This document shows positions 13,006-25,065 of a stretch of 40,616 nt of DNA, piece by piece; within the stretch, counting starts at the first letter, position 1; each line of letters starts with the position of its first letter. The stretch lies in assembly GCF_001194135.2 (NCBI RefSeq), contig NC_068984.1:58999166-59039781 (forward strand). Reading direction: 5' to 3'. The position numbers were made by a program, and so were the translations under genes. The notes under the pieces were generated by a model. That model did not search any database. It was not told where the DNA came from and was given only the letters and a program-made list of their open reading frames with translations. Source of the stretch: Octopus bimaculoides (lineage: Eukaryota).

Positions 13006-14034
13006 GTGAGTTTTTCATTTTCATAACTGAGGTGTCTGTGAAGTGCTCTTGGTAGAATAAGTAAACTTTAACCAGCAAGAATCATTATGTCTGCTGGATC
13101 CCTAACTCTACTTAGAACAACATACAACTAATCATGTGTGAACACATTAGAAGTACTGTAAAGAAAGTAACTTATTAAAATTCAAGAGATAAACAAATAT
13201 ATTCATTCATAATTTTTCCAAGAGAAATTTAAAGAACAGAGATTTATCATGTTTTTTTCTATTTTATAATAAATTTACTTTATTTAAATGATGCATACTG
13301 ACAGATAGTGGGAGAGAGAGTGAGATAAATAGGTGGATATATTTTGTGATAGATCAAGGTAAAGAAGGGAAAAAGCAGTGGTAGAACACTGTCACTGCAT
13401 TGCTTGCTTGAATTTCTGAAATTACATGTTCTTCGTTTATGACAGATTGTTCAGTAATAAAATGCATTTTAAAATGGTTATAAGAAACTGATTATTCAAC
13501 TATTTTCTGAAATGATTGAATGGAAGACACTGAAGTGGACTATGCCTGTGAGTCATCTAGGCTACTTGTGTAGTGGATGAGAGATCAAAATAAAAACAGT
13601 GGTAGATGAATAGACAGACATCATCATCATCATCATCCAGTGTTTTAAATCTGTGTTTTGTCCCCATTAACAGGGGTGGCCAAATCTACCCCAATGCCAT
13701 AGCAACTGCCCTCACCAGACAACATGACATTTCTTATTGTGATGAATGTAACTTTTTAAAATCTAGCAGAGAAAAACAAATATTTATTCATGTGCTTTCT
13801 TCAGAAAAATTTAAAGAAGAGAGATTCATAATTTTTTTTCCAATTCTAATGAACTTCTTTGACAAAATTTTCTTTTTATTGTCAAAAGTGATAGCTTGAT
13901 ATCTTTATCGAGAAATATTTTGTTGAGAAATATTTGTATATCTCTGTACATACATACTATGAGAGAGAATGGGGGGAGTTGCAACCCAAACCAGAAGTTG
14001 GTTACTGACAGATAGATTTCACAAAATTTATAAT

Positions 14035-14270
14035 ATTGGTGTATGTGTGCATCTTTCTGTTTGTCTACCCCACTGCTTGACAACTGGTGTTGAGTTTCTT
14101 TTTAAATCTCCATAACTTAGCAGTTTGGCAAAAGAGACTGTTGGAATAATTAACAGACTTAAAAAAATAAATATTGAGGTTAATTTGTTTGATTAAACTC
14201 TTCATGGTGGTGCCCCAGCATAGATGCAGTCCAGTGAGTGAAACAAGTTAACCGTAAAAGATAAAAGATA
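14035..14270 (+). mobile_element. SINE 3' half (CORE-like family)
   Basis: cactgcttgacaactgg...taacttagcagtttggcaaaagagac...ccccagcat...gaaacaag...aaaagata. Confidence 0.7.
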
Positions 14271-16119
14271 AGCTAAAGAATTATGGGAATTACTGTATGG
14301 TTTAATAGGAGGGTTTTACTACTAAAGAAAATGAACATAGCAAAGTTAATTGATTGGTTTCAGTGATAAAGAGCTAATTACAAAGAACAGATAGTAGAGT
14401 GATAACTGCACTAAAGCCTCAGCTAGTAGAATTTTATTCAGCTCCCACCAACGATTGAATTTTGCCTAGTATTTTGGGTGGTGGTGATGGCTTGGCGACA
14501 GCTCAATATTTTTTGTGTTTATGTATGAAAGACACCAATATTTTTATTCTCTTTTATATATTTGCAAAAATTATTTGTCTAAACATAATCGTGTTCACTT
14601 TACAACCCAAAGTTAGTCATCAATATTTTAAAATTTAAATGTCAAACTAAAAATTTCTAGGCAAACTACACATGGGTTCTTTAAAAGTGACCTTTCTAAA
14701 TTAGACTAAGATATTGCCACTCTCAGAATCAAATGATAAAGAACCAGTCTCACAATCTAATTAGTTCCTGGCAATTAAGATGAAATTAAAATAAAAGAAA
14801 GAATACTTAAACTGTGCATATTGCTATGGTTAATACAATCTCAAAATGAAAATATTAATACAAGGATTATATTTCATTGAAGACACAAAGTATGATGGTA
14901 ATTACATCAAAGCAAGCATCAGTAAGTAGACATAGAACATCATTAGATGTTCAGATGGTTATCTATCCTCTTTCATATGATGATATTTATATCTTTACAA
15001 CCACTTCTTTAAATGTAAATATGTTATTCACTGATCATTCATTCATAAGATAATCAACTATGAATTTAACTTAGATGAGTATTATGTTTAAATTATACTT
15101 TCAAAATGGTTTGCTTTGAAAATATTGAATTTTGCCAAATATTTTGGGTGGTGGTGGTGGTGGTAGTGGCAGCGGCGGTGGCAGCAGCTTGGCTACAGAC
15201 CAATATTTCCTACAATCATATATGATAGAGACCATCATTTATTTTAAAAACTAACAAGTTTCAAGATTTAACATCTAAATTTTCATCAACAAAGTAATTT
15301 TGAAAGATGTACATCTATCTAACTATTCACTGTATACAAGTGCTGCAGTTCAAGCACTACACTTGGAACAATTTAATGTGATAGTTATGAGTAAAGCCAG
15401 AAGTAAGTAGTACATACATATGCATGTATGTATATATAGGTGTATGTGTGTGTGTGTATATGTACATATGTGTGTGTGTGTGTGTGTATAGATTGTTTGA
15501 GGTGATGTACAGATTTTATATATTGAGGAAAAGGAGGTAGTCAGTTGAGCTGGATAGGAAAACAAAAGCAAAAATGATTTACAAACATTTAAAATGTTTA
15601 TGATGTTCTTGCATTCTTCAATAACTTGCTAATAATTTTAATCACAATTAGAACTGGGTCACTAAACAAGGTTTCACTTCCTGATTGAAGCCAATTCACT
15701 TTACTCACTGATGCAAAAGCCATGAACTTTATAGAATCTTATTCCTGTTTTCTATAAAACTTGAGACTTTGTGCTTAAGTAAAAACAATCATTCTTTATA
15801 TTTTCTGTTTACTTCCCTATAAATTGATCAGGTGACGTTTCTTACATATACATATATATGTAATGTGTGAGTGCATGTGCATGTGTGTGAATGCGAGAGA
15901 GAAAGAGAGTGTGTGCATGAACATATGTATTGTTTGATTATATCACTTATCTTTCTTACTTGTGCATTGATGGGATGTGAAGTAGCCTGAGTTATGCAAA
16001 ATTAATTTACTCTGTTTCAGTTATTGAGTTCTTTTCATTTTATTTGTAAAGTTATCTTATTAAGCAGAACTACTTGCAAACACAATTATATATATACCAT
16101 TTATGTGTGTGTGTGTGTG

Positions 16120-16270
16120 TAGTGGAGGTATGTGATCTAATAGTTAGGTGTTTGGCTCATGATCATGATGTCACAGGCTCAATTCCTGGACTGGACAGTG
16201 CATTGTGTCCTTGAGCAAGGCACTTCATTTCATACTGCTTCAGTCAGCTCAGCTGAAAATGCGTTCCAGC
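16120..16270 (+). mobile_element. tRNA-headed SINE (second family)
   Basis: tRNA-like head then gtgtccttgagcaaggcacttcatttca; related antisense copy near 25900-26055. Confidence 0.65.
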
Positions 16271-16831
16271 CAAGTGTTTGTACAGTTTTCTCTTCCTCAG
16301 GCTGTCACATCCTGGCCCTACCACTAAATTAGAGAATGGAAAATTCAAGAAGGTTTTTATACCTGTTCATAACTACACTGGTATCTAAAATGACTAGTGA
16401 AAGCATAGTACATTTTAAAAAAGCCATGCTCATTCACAGGTGAATACATACATACATACATATGTATATATACATTTTTAATCTGGTTTAAAATCATTCT
16501 ATTTACTTTCCATTCCAGATTCTAATTTTCTCTTTTTTCCTTCTTTTCTTCCTTCCTCATCCAATGTACTGTCTCATAGCATTGCATTTTCCGACGGTTT
16601 TTCAAATAAGTTATGTAGCAATCTTCTCTACTCGCAGTTGTCACATTCGGTAATAATGTCTTACAGTTGAGTTGGTTCTTATGTGTTTCCCTGAAGGGAA
16701 GATTGCATCTTTATCAACATCACTCATTCCTTTGGAATGAACCAATTGTAATCTTCGAAACATATGTCGGAAATAAAAGAAATCATTTAACACATGCGTA
16801 TAACTCCATTTATTAAATTTTATATATACAT

Positions 16832-16835
<4 letters not shown>

Positions 16836-16882
<47 letters not shown>
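16836..16882. repeat. (TA)n microsatellite
   Basis: Direct sequence. Confidence 0.97.
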
Positions 16883-16885
<3 letters not shown>

Positions 16886-17512
16886 TAGAAATTATACATT
16901 TCTAAATCTCTCAGAAAGACTTAAGTGGTAGTGATACGATAAAGTAGTTGTATACTGTCAACTAAACATGACAGTCCCAATAAGGGAATCATACTACTGC
17001 TATTTAGCCCTAGGAAGCTGCACCGCTTGTGTACTCAGAACATAGAAGGCAGTACAAATGGTCATCAGATGGTCTAACAATTCTGCCAGTCCACTCTCCT
17101 GGACTTGCACTTTATTTTATCAACCTTGGGTAGATGTAAAACAAAATTGATTTTGGCAGGACTTGAACTCAGAATATAAAAAGCTGAAACAAATATTACA
17201 AGATATCTTATCTGATGTTCCAATATATTGGTAAGGTGTATTGTACTAATGGCATGGTAACTAGCTAAAACCACACAGACAAACAGACACACAGATAGAT
17301 TCACACATGCATAAAGACACAGATGAAATGCCATACTTTATAGACTCATCAAACTTATTCTTAAATTGCAGAAGATAAGTGAACTGAACCGAAATAAATA
17401 GAAAAATTGGTAAAAACAAACAAGAAAAATCACACTATATATTTACTAGTCTTTTCTCTTGATTATACCATGAAAAAAAACCTATCCACCTGTATTACCT
17501 GTTCGTTTCAAG

Positions 17513-17580
17513 GAATAGCAGCTGTAGCTTGAAGTGCTGGTTAGACAATCTTGATCTACTTCCACTCCATTGGTTAAATG
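17513..17580 (+). other. Candidate short exon (68 bp, phase 2-1)
   Basis: gttcgtttcaag| acceptor and |gtgagg donor; open frame NSSCSLKCWLDNLDLLPLHWLN. Confidence 0.2.
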
Positions 17581-18059
17581 GTGAGGCAATGGAACTTTCT
17601 CTGTGTCATAATGCTTAATGCTTGCTATGTAGCAGTTGATTTATGATACTCTAGTACTTAGGAAAGCATGAGTTGATGCTGATATAAGACAAAAAAAGAA
17701 ATGAATAATAATAACAATGTTCAAGATGATGATGATGATAACCATAATGTAAGGAACCTATGTAATTTAGCTATTGTATGCTTGCTTTATTTCTCAAGCA
17801 GGAACAAATAATTTTTTATCTCTTTATTGGGTTTTATGTATTTGTTTGTGTGTGTGTGTGTTTGTGTGAGAAAAAGAGAGCATATTTGTGTTTGGTTATT
17901 TGTGTGCACATATGTGTGACTGGTTGCTTGTATGTAATTACATGTATGTCTGTTTGAGTGTGTGTGAGAAAGAGAAAGGGAGAGAGCAATAAAGAATTAA
18001 AGATCATTTGAAGGCTTCCGATATCTAATATTTTTCAATCTAGTAAGAAAATATCAGTA

Positions 18060-18220
18060 ATACAGATACTCTCTATCTGCTCTATCTAGACCAGCTGTTA
18101 TGTACTTATCAAGATTTTTTCTTAGATCACACATACACACCAGACATTTTTTTTGATAATTGCTATCATGCAATACATCAATTGTCTTTGTAAAGAGTTC
18201 TTTTGATCTCTTGTCTTCTA
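18060..18220 (-). mobile_element. Probable CR1/L2-type LINE C-terminal remnant
   Basis: KELFTKTIDVLH...LRKNLDKYI resembles the FF..RV...WN.LP...FK..LDKYM terminal motif of CR1-group ORF2. Confidence 0.4.
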
Positions 18221-18629
18221 CTAAATCAGCACTACCATCACCATCTCCATTGTGTTTCAACCAACACCACATCACAATATTCATAATAATGATCATTATT
18301 AAACTCACCACCAACACCATTATCTCCTACATTGCCATCAATATTACAACCTTCACCGCCATCTTGAATATTTTGTCACAAACTGCTTATGAGAAGCATG
18401 CATGGAGTGTTGCATCCAGGTCAAATACTCTGAAGAATCTGTTCAAGTTCTTCATGTTTTGAGTTCAAATCATATTGGATTCAACTTGGCCATCCATCCA
18501 TTCACAGTTAATAAAAGAAAGTACCAGCCAATTACTAAAATTCATATTATTGACTGTTCCATTCCCCCAAATTTTAGAACTTCTATCTAATTAATAAGAC
18601 CATCATCATCATCAACATCATCCAATAGT

Positions 18630-19660
18630 CCTATTCATATAGTGTTCTTCTTTCAGTACACTATTTCGTGCAACTCTACACACCTTGGGTATTTTCTGTG
18701 TTTGGTTTTGTTTTGAAAATCCTCTATGTAATATATGGTCAATGCCCAGAAGTGCTTAATTTATTCGCAACTCCTTGCATTTGAGTTATGCAATTGTCTG
18801 TTTGCTATTTCATTCTTCCCAGGTTGCCTATTCTTATTTGGATTGTTTCTGTTTTCACTTCCTATATTCTATTTCCAAGTCTTTCTATATGGATAACTTC
18901 TCCATTTCTTTTGGAGATACATTATCATCATTTGGGATTGATATTTTGATTACAAGACACTTCCTTTTCTGATTCTCTTTAACAACAGTATCCAGCCAAT
19001 TAGCCTTGATCTCCCTGTCTGTGTGGATTATCATATCTCAGAGGATGTTACCCATTCATTCTCTGAGGCTTTTTCTGCTGTATGTTTACCATCTCTTTTC
19101 TATTGGTAAATACCAACATAATGTTGGCCTAATTTCCTGTATTCAAATGCATACTCACCCACTAATTTCTGTCATGCCTGCGGACATATTCACTAAGACA
19201 GAGACAAGGTGGTTAATTGATTTTTTTGCCCCCACCCGCCAATATCCACATATTCTGCAGATATGTAGTCTGCCTCATTGCATATTTTAAAGAGGTAGTG
19301 TGATGGTTGAAAGGCTTTGATTCTGTGTTGCAAGAAAGAATCTTTCAATTTCAACTTTGTGTCCTTCACTTCTCAGCCAATGAAACCGTTTTCCTTTATT
19401 TCTACCCTTTGCAGTTTTACAGGTATTGGCCCTGTAGGAGATTTTCTTGTCATAGCTTTAGTATGGTATTTTATGACTCCATTTTTAACCTTTCCAAAGT
19501 ATTTTTTTTTTTGTCTTTTTCTCCTCACAATTCTGTCCCTTCAGCTCTTCTTTTTGTTTTTGCTTTGTATTTGTTGGCTTTCTTGTGGGTTGTTCTGATC
19601 AAACCTAGTTTATGGTTTCTCAACTCTAGGGGTATGTTCAATTTAAGTTTTATTTATTCC
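18630..19660 (-). mobile_element. R4/Dong-type non-LTR retrotransposon, 3' ~1 kb (zinc knuckle plus restriction-like endonuclease), decayed
   Basis: Minus-strand fragments WLRSEG..EIERFFLATQNQSL, CRICG, ILWD.IIHTDR.IKAN..D, KDLEIE and KTETI.I.IG.LG in the canonical order. Confidence 0.8.
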
Positions 19661-19744
19661 TATATATAGGCATAGATGGGTGGTAAGAAGTTTGCTTCCC
19701 AACCATATAGTTCCAGGTTCAGTCTTACTGTGTGGCCCCTTTGG

Positions 19745-20142
19745 TGAAGCAGACTACATTAAATATCTGCAGAATATGTGGATGTTGAGGAAAAAAATCA
19801 ATTAACCACCTTGTCTCTGTCTTAGTGAATATGTCCGCAGGCATGACAGAAATTAGTGGGAGAGTACGCATTTAAATACAGGAAATTAGGCCAACATTAT
19901 GTTGGTATTTACCAATAGAAAAGAGATGGTTTAAACATACAGCAGAAAAGGCCTAAGAATGAACGAGTAACATCCTCTGGGATATGATAATCCACACAGA
20001 CAGGGTGATCAAGGCTAATTGGCTGGATACTGTTGTTAAGAATAATCAGAAAAGGAAGTGTCTTGTAATCAAAATATCAATCTCAAATGATGATAATGTA
20101 TCTCCAAAAGAATTGGAGAAATTATCTATATATAAAGACTTG
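19745..20142 (+). mobile_element. Inverted duplicate of 18876-19277 (Dong-type fragment)
   Basis: Reverse-complement match over ~400 bp; translates NILWDMIIHTDRVIKANWLDTVVKNNQKRKCLVIKISISNDDNVSPKELEKLSIYKDL. Confidence 0.9.
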
Positions 20143-20329
20143 CTTGACTGCTAAATCCACAAGTTTTTTTTTTTTATTCTTTTCCTATTTATATTCTCTT
20201 ATTCCTTTCTGTTGAAGAGCATAGGCTCGAAACACAAAAGACTTTTTCATTTTCCCGAGCATCAAACTAATACACCTGCTTATTATTCATACACCTGTCT
20301 TTGTCTTTTGTTTTTCTATAAATTTCAAC
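20143..20329 (+). mobile_element. HHR-motif mini-element, family copy 2
   Basis: CTTT-CTGTTGA-A-GAGC-ATAG-GCTC-GAAAC-ACA-AAAG at 20205-20240; ends aaatttcaac. Confidence 0.65.
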
Positions 20330-21125
20330 TGTCTTCTACTATAGCTTTATGAGTGGATTTGGTAGACAGAAACTGAAAGAAGCCTGCATGGCAGACAATT
20401 ATAAAAGACATTGTGATGGATGTGGTATGTGTGTGTGTGTGTCTCTCTCTTTTTATCTGTGTTTATTCCCCAACACCACTGCTGTTGATGTGTGTACGTC
20501 CCCATAACTTAACAGTTTGACAGAAGAGACTGAAAGAATAAGTACCAGACTTTAAAAAAAAGTACTGAGGTTGATGCATTTGACAAAAAAATTATTCGGG
20601 GCAGTGCTCCAGCATGGCCACAGTCTGAAACAAGTAAGAGATAAAAGATATTCATATATTAATTTATATATATGTGTAAATTAAAAGACAAGAAACTAAT
20701 TTGTCCCAATGTATTGTATAATGTCCTCGCTCCATCCCTTGTTTTTAACACTCTATTTATGTAAATCTGAATGCTTTTGTAACCCTGCTTTATAGCATGT
20801 TGTTGTGTGCTTAGTGGCATTTCATCCCACTTTATGTTCTGAGTTCTAATTCCACCAAGGTTGACTTTGCCTTTTTGTCTTTTCGAGGTCGATGAAATAT
20901 GTACCAATTGTAAATTGACTAGCCCCACCACTACCACCACCACCACCATCAAACAAAAATTTTAGGCCTCATGCCTATTGTAGAAAGTATCATTGTTATT
21001 ATTATTCTGCCAACTTTGCTTTTCAATCTTTCAGAGCCAATAAAATAAGTACCATTTGATTACTGAAATCAGTGTAATCGACTAGACCCCTCCCTTGAAG
21101 TTGCTGGCCCTGTGCCAAAATTTGA

Positions 21126-21635
21126 AATTATTATTATTATTATCTAAGACGTCATACAGTATCCAATATCAGGATATGTTTGAAGATATTTTGTCTACCA
21201 GGGGTTTGTACTGTCTGTCAAGTCACAACAAGGACCTCAGACAGAGTACTTTACACAATATACACACTGTTCTAAGTAATGCTAATTTTTGTAATACACC
21301 TAGATTGTAGGGAATTTCTAAAGTTTCCAGATGTTTTCTTTAGATTGGGTGGTATTGAACACAATGCTCCAATGACAATAGGGACAACATTCATGTTTGA
21401 CTCTTGTAGCTGCCACATCTTAGTGATCTCAATTCTCCGGTCTCCATATTTATCAATCTTTTCTCTTTCTTTCATGATAATATGTTGATCTCCTGGCACT
21501 GCCACGTCGATTACTAGGCACTATTGTTCGTCTCTCCTAAAGGTTAGTATATGGCCTTCAGTGCTCTAACACCTTGTCTGTCTGGTAGTCAAAGTCCCAG
21601 AGGATTTTTACCTTCCTCTTTTTGTCCATTACTTT
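21126..21635 (-). mobile_element. R4/Dong-type LINE 3' end with (TAA)n tail
   Basis: KILWDFDYQTDKVLEH and DVAVPGDQHIIMKEREKIDKYGD...VVPIVIGAL (PD-(D/E)xK RLE region); tail abuts (ATT)n; second 3'-end fragment at 21641-21740. Confidence 0.85.
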
Positions 21636-21766
21636 TTCTATTATTATTATAGACATTACAGAGTATACAATATCGTGAGGTTGTTGATTGAAGATGTGTC
21701 TACCAGGGATTTGAACTGTTTGTCATGTCACAACAAGGACTGTTATTATCATCATTATTATTATTA

Positions 21767-21980
21767 AGGTGGTGAGCTGGCAGAATCATTAGCACACCAG
21801 GTGAAATGCTTAACGATATTTCGTCTGCCACTGTGTTCTGAGTTCAAATTCCACTAAGGTCAACTTTGCCTTTCAACCTTTCAGGGTCAGTTATTTAAGT
21901 ACCAGTTGCATACTGGGGTTGATCTAATTGACAGGCCTTCTCCCCCACAATTTCAGGCCTTGTGCCTATAGTAGAAAGGA
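21767..21980 (+). mobile_element. tRNA-derived SINE with Nin-like central domain, (ATT)n-flanked
   Basis: A box ctggcagaatc, B box gttcaaattcc, central ggtcaactttgcctttcaacctttc; ends gaaaggattattatt. Confidence 0.75.
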
Positions 21981-22006
21981 TTATTATTATGATTATTAAA
22001 AAATAA

Positions 22007-22047
<41 letters not shown>

Positions 22048-22389
22048 GGCGACAGGCTAGCATAATTGTCTGCACATATGCGGCATCTCTTCTGGTTCTT
22101 TGTTTTGTGTTAAATTCCACTGCATAGTGGTACTGGACCCAAGACCGTATGGTTGGGGAGTAAGCTTCTCAACCACAGAACTATACCTGCATACGTTTTT
22201 TTTTTTTTTACTTTAAGGTAAGCATCTAATATTTGAGTGGGAGCTAGCTGCTACTTCTAGCCAGTGAAACAACTGCATAAATATTCCCTGATTAGATGGG
22301 CAAAATACTGTTGAGCATTTTGCCTGGCATGCTAATGATTCTGCTAGTTCGCCACCTTAATAATAATAATAATAATAATAATATTGGCT

Positions 22390-22828
22390 TTAAACTTTGC
22401 CACAAGGACAGCCATTTTGAGGGAGGGGGATGAATCAATTACATCGACCCAGTGTTTCACTGGTACATAATTTATCAACCCTGAAAAGATGAAAGTCAAA
22501 TTCTGATTGAACTCAGAACATAGTGGCAGACGAAATACCACTAAACATTTCACCCAGCATGCTAACAATTCTACCAGCTCGCTGCCTTAATAATAATGAT
22601 AATAATAATTATTATTTCTTCTCTAGACACAAGGCCTTGAAAATTTTGTGGGAAGGGGGCTAGTCAGTTATATCAACTCCAGTGCTTAACTGGTACTTAT
22701 TTCATCGACCCCAAAAAGATGAGAGGCAAAGTAAGGTTATGTGGAATTTGAACTCAGAACATAGTGGCAAATGGAATACTGCTGAGCATTTCACCACAGC
22801 ATGCTAACATTTCTTCCAGTTTGCCGCC

Positions 22829-22830
<2 letters not shown>
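22390..22830 (-). mobile_element. Two tandem antisense Nin-like SINEs separated by (AAT)n
   Basis: Reverse complements of the 21767 family at ~22390-22590 and ~22620-22830. Confidence 0.75.

Positions 22831-22882
<52 letters not shown>
22831..22882. repeat. (AAT)n microsatellite
   Basis: Direct sequence; further runs at 22008-22044 and 23559-23607. Confidence 0.97.
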
Positions 22883-22884
<2 letters not shown>

Positions 22885-23556
22885 TTTGGCACAAGGCCAG
22901 CAACTTTGAGGATGGGGGCTAGTCAATTACATCAGTCTCAGTAATCAAATGGTACTTATTTTATTGATCCCATAAATGGAAGAAAAGCAAAGTTGGCAGA
23001 ATAATAATAACAATGACACTTTCTACTTTAGGCACAAGGCCTGATTAGATGACAAAATTCCAAAGGATTTTCTAATTTATATTTCCACCTTATTACCATT
23101 AGATGATCTGTGCAATATGATTCTACATTCTTTTATATTCCCTCTAAGCTAATTTTCACTTAATTCTTTTGTTTGGTACAGTTATATCACGAAGGATATT
23201 TCACCTTCCAACCAATCTACAGTAGCTGATCTTCTCACTTTCTTTTCCCCAGATTTGGAACAAGTAGCTTGTTGTACATCAGAAATATGCCATAGATGTT
23301 TGACATCTAAAGAGCTTTCTGCAGGGTCTAGTTATCATACAACAGGCACTGTTATCAAACTGACATGCAAGGGGATATGCAAGGGAACTGTTTAAGTATC
23401 CTCAAAGCTACCTTATAATTTGATCCAAACCATTGTGGTGTTTATATGTTGCTTCCTGCAGCCCTGAACCATTAAAATTTGTCTATCAGTAATTGGTTCT
23501 TACAATGTCTCCTTCTTTCAGCATCCTTTTCTGTCCTAATAAGAATGATAAAAATG

Positions 23557-23611
<55 letters not shown>

Positions 23612-23785
23612 AGATGATAATAATTGCTTCAAGATCTAGCAGAAAGCCTGTGATTTTAGAGGAAGTGGGGGTTAGTTAATTTTATTGACCCCAGTACTTG
23701 ACTGATACATTATTTTATTGACCCCAAAAGGTTGAAAGGCATACATACATGCTCTCTCATGTGCACACACACACACACACACACA

Positions 23786-24090
23786 CATCATCATCGTCGT
23801 CATCATCATTGTTTAATATCTGCTTTCCATGCTGGCATGGGTTGGATGATTTGACATGGTCCAGTGGAACACAGAAGTTTTGCCAAGCACGTGTGTCAGA
23901 TTTGACATGGTTTCTACAACTGGATGCCATTCCTAACAACAATCACTTTACAGTGTGTACTGGATGCATTTTTCTTTTTGTACCACTAGTTAAGTTGTTA
24001 AGTAACTTGCAAGACAATGTAAAGAAGATAAATGATAAAAGCCCCTCAATTGAGTTTGTCTGAGAGATGGGGAAGGTGGCTTTATGCTAA
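23786..24090 (-). mobile_element. SINE/RTE-type 3' segment with (GAT)n tail, antisense
   Basis: catcatc...gctttccatgctggcatgggttggatg...ggatgccattcctaac. Confidence 0.7.
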
Positions 24091-24653
24091 GTGTTGAAGG
24101 CTAAAGTATAATGGAAGGTAAAACTTGCCATTGTCATCCAACAACAGAAATGACCAGTATATTTTAATGACTTATAGAAATATGAAATGCATATGTGATC
24201 TTATAGCATTTGAAGCCTGAACAATGAGGTACCTCAGCATAATTGCTTAATTAATATAAATTAAGTTATATACATAAAACACAAAGTAATAACAGAACAT
24301 CCAAATAAATTTGCTATTAGAATATATTAAGAGATTGCTGTTATTTGGAGTGTGTGTGTTAAGTTTTATAACTATTACATTATTGGGAGATACATTATTG
24401 ACCAGAGCCCTTCAAGCACACAACAATCTATTCTGGCAACTGTTCTAATCCACATAGGATAACATTTGTTTTGTTATTTTCTTATCTTAGTGCTTCAATT
24501 TTTTTCTTTTATTTTGTAACTAATAGCTCTTGCATTGCCTCTAACAAGGACTTTCCAGTTGGGTATTTTATGACAACTTTTCATAACATCTGCTCTAATG
24601 TTATGAAAATGTTTGATTGACCAACATTATTTTCAATTTACTGAGATGCTAAC

Positions 24654-24699
<46 letters not shown>

Positions 24700-24728
24700 T
24701 TGTGATGTGAAACTGTGTGTTGCAACAG

Positions 24729-25065
24729 ATATTGTTGTATTTCAGGATGGTAATTTTTTTTTATTTTTTATGCCAAATAAACACACACACTATATATATT
24801 CATTCTTCACTCATTTATTACTGTTTTTTATTTTAACTCATGACCATTGTCCGTTCTGTCAGAATGAACAAAGCAGAGCAGGAGTACACACAAGGATGCA
24901 AAGTGTCACTGAAGAGGCCATAGATGTGTGACAAAAGATTTCCAGACAATAGACACAAGTTAAAATAAAAACAGTAATAAAGAGGTGAAGAACAAATATA
25001 TAGTGCATGTGTTTATTTGGCAAAAAAAAAAAAAAGAGAGAGACGATCCCGAAATACAACAATAT
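24729..25065 (+). repeat. Fold-back element: ~110-bp inverted arms around a 119-bp core with a degenerate HHR-like motif
   Basis: 24729-24838 is the reverse complement of 24958-25065; core contains CTGAAGAGGCC at 24909. Confidence 0.75.

Larger units (their letters stand above)
19672..20640 (+). mobile_element. CORE-like SINE split by a ~585-bp insertion
   Basis: Head 19672-19744 ends ...ccctttgg and resumes at 20330 with tgtcttctactatagc; 3' half ends ...gaaacaagtaagagataaaaga. Confidence 0.75.

Noticed and set aside
13445-13548. Segment with AG and gtgagt boundaries (MEDTEVDYA)
   Set aside because: Stops in all three frames from the acceptor; cannot be placed in a model without RNA data
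18054-18320. 88-aa minus ORF with a CxxC-like motif as a host gene
   Set aside because: The N-terminus is triplet-repeat derived and the remainder fits a CR1-type LINE C-terminus better
18657-18972. Plus-strand hydrophobic frame (HYFVQLYTPWVFSVFGF...) as a membrane-protein exon
   Set aside because: It is the antisense of the Dong-type endonuclease C-terminus and 3' UTR
19307-19669. Hydrophobic ORFs of 120 and 93 aa
   Set aside because: Antisense of the A-rich Dong-type coding remnant
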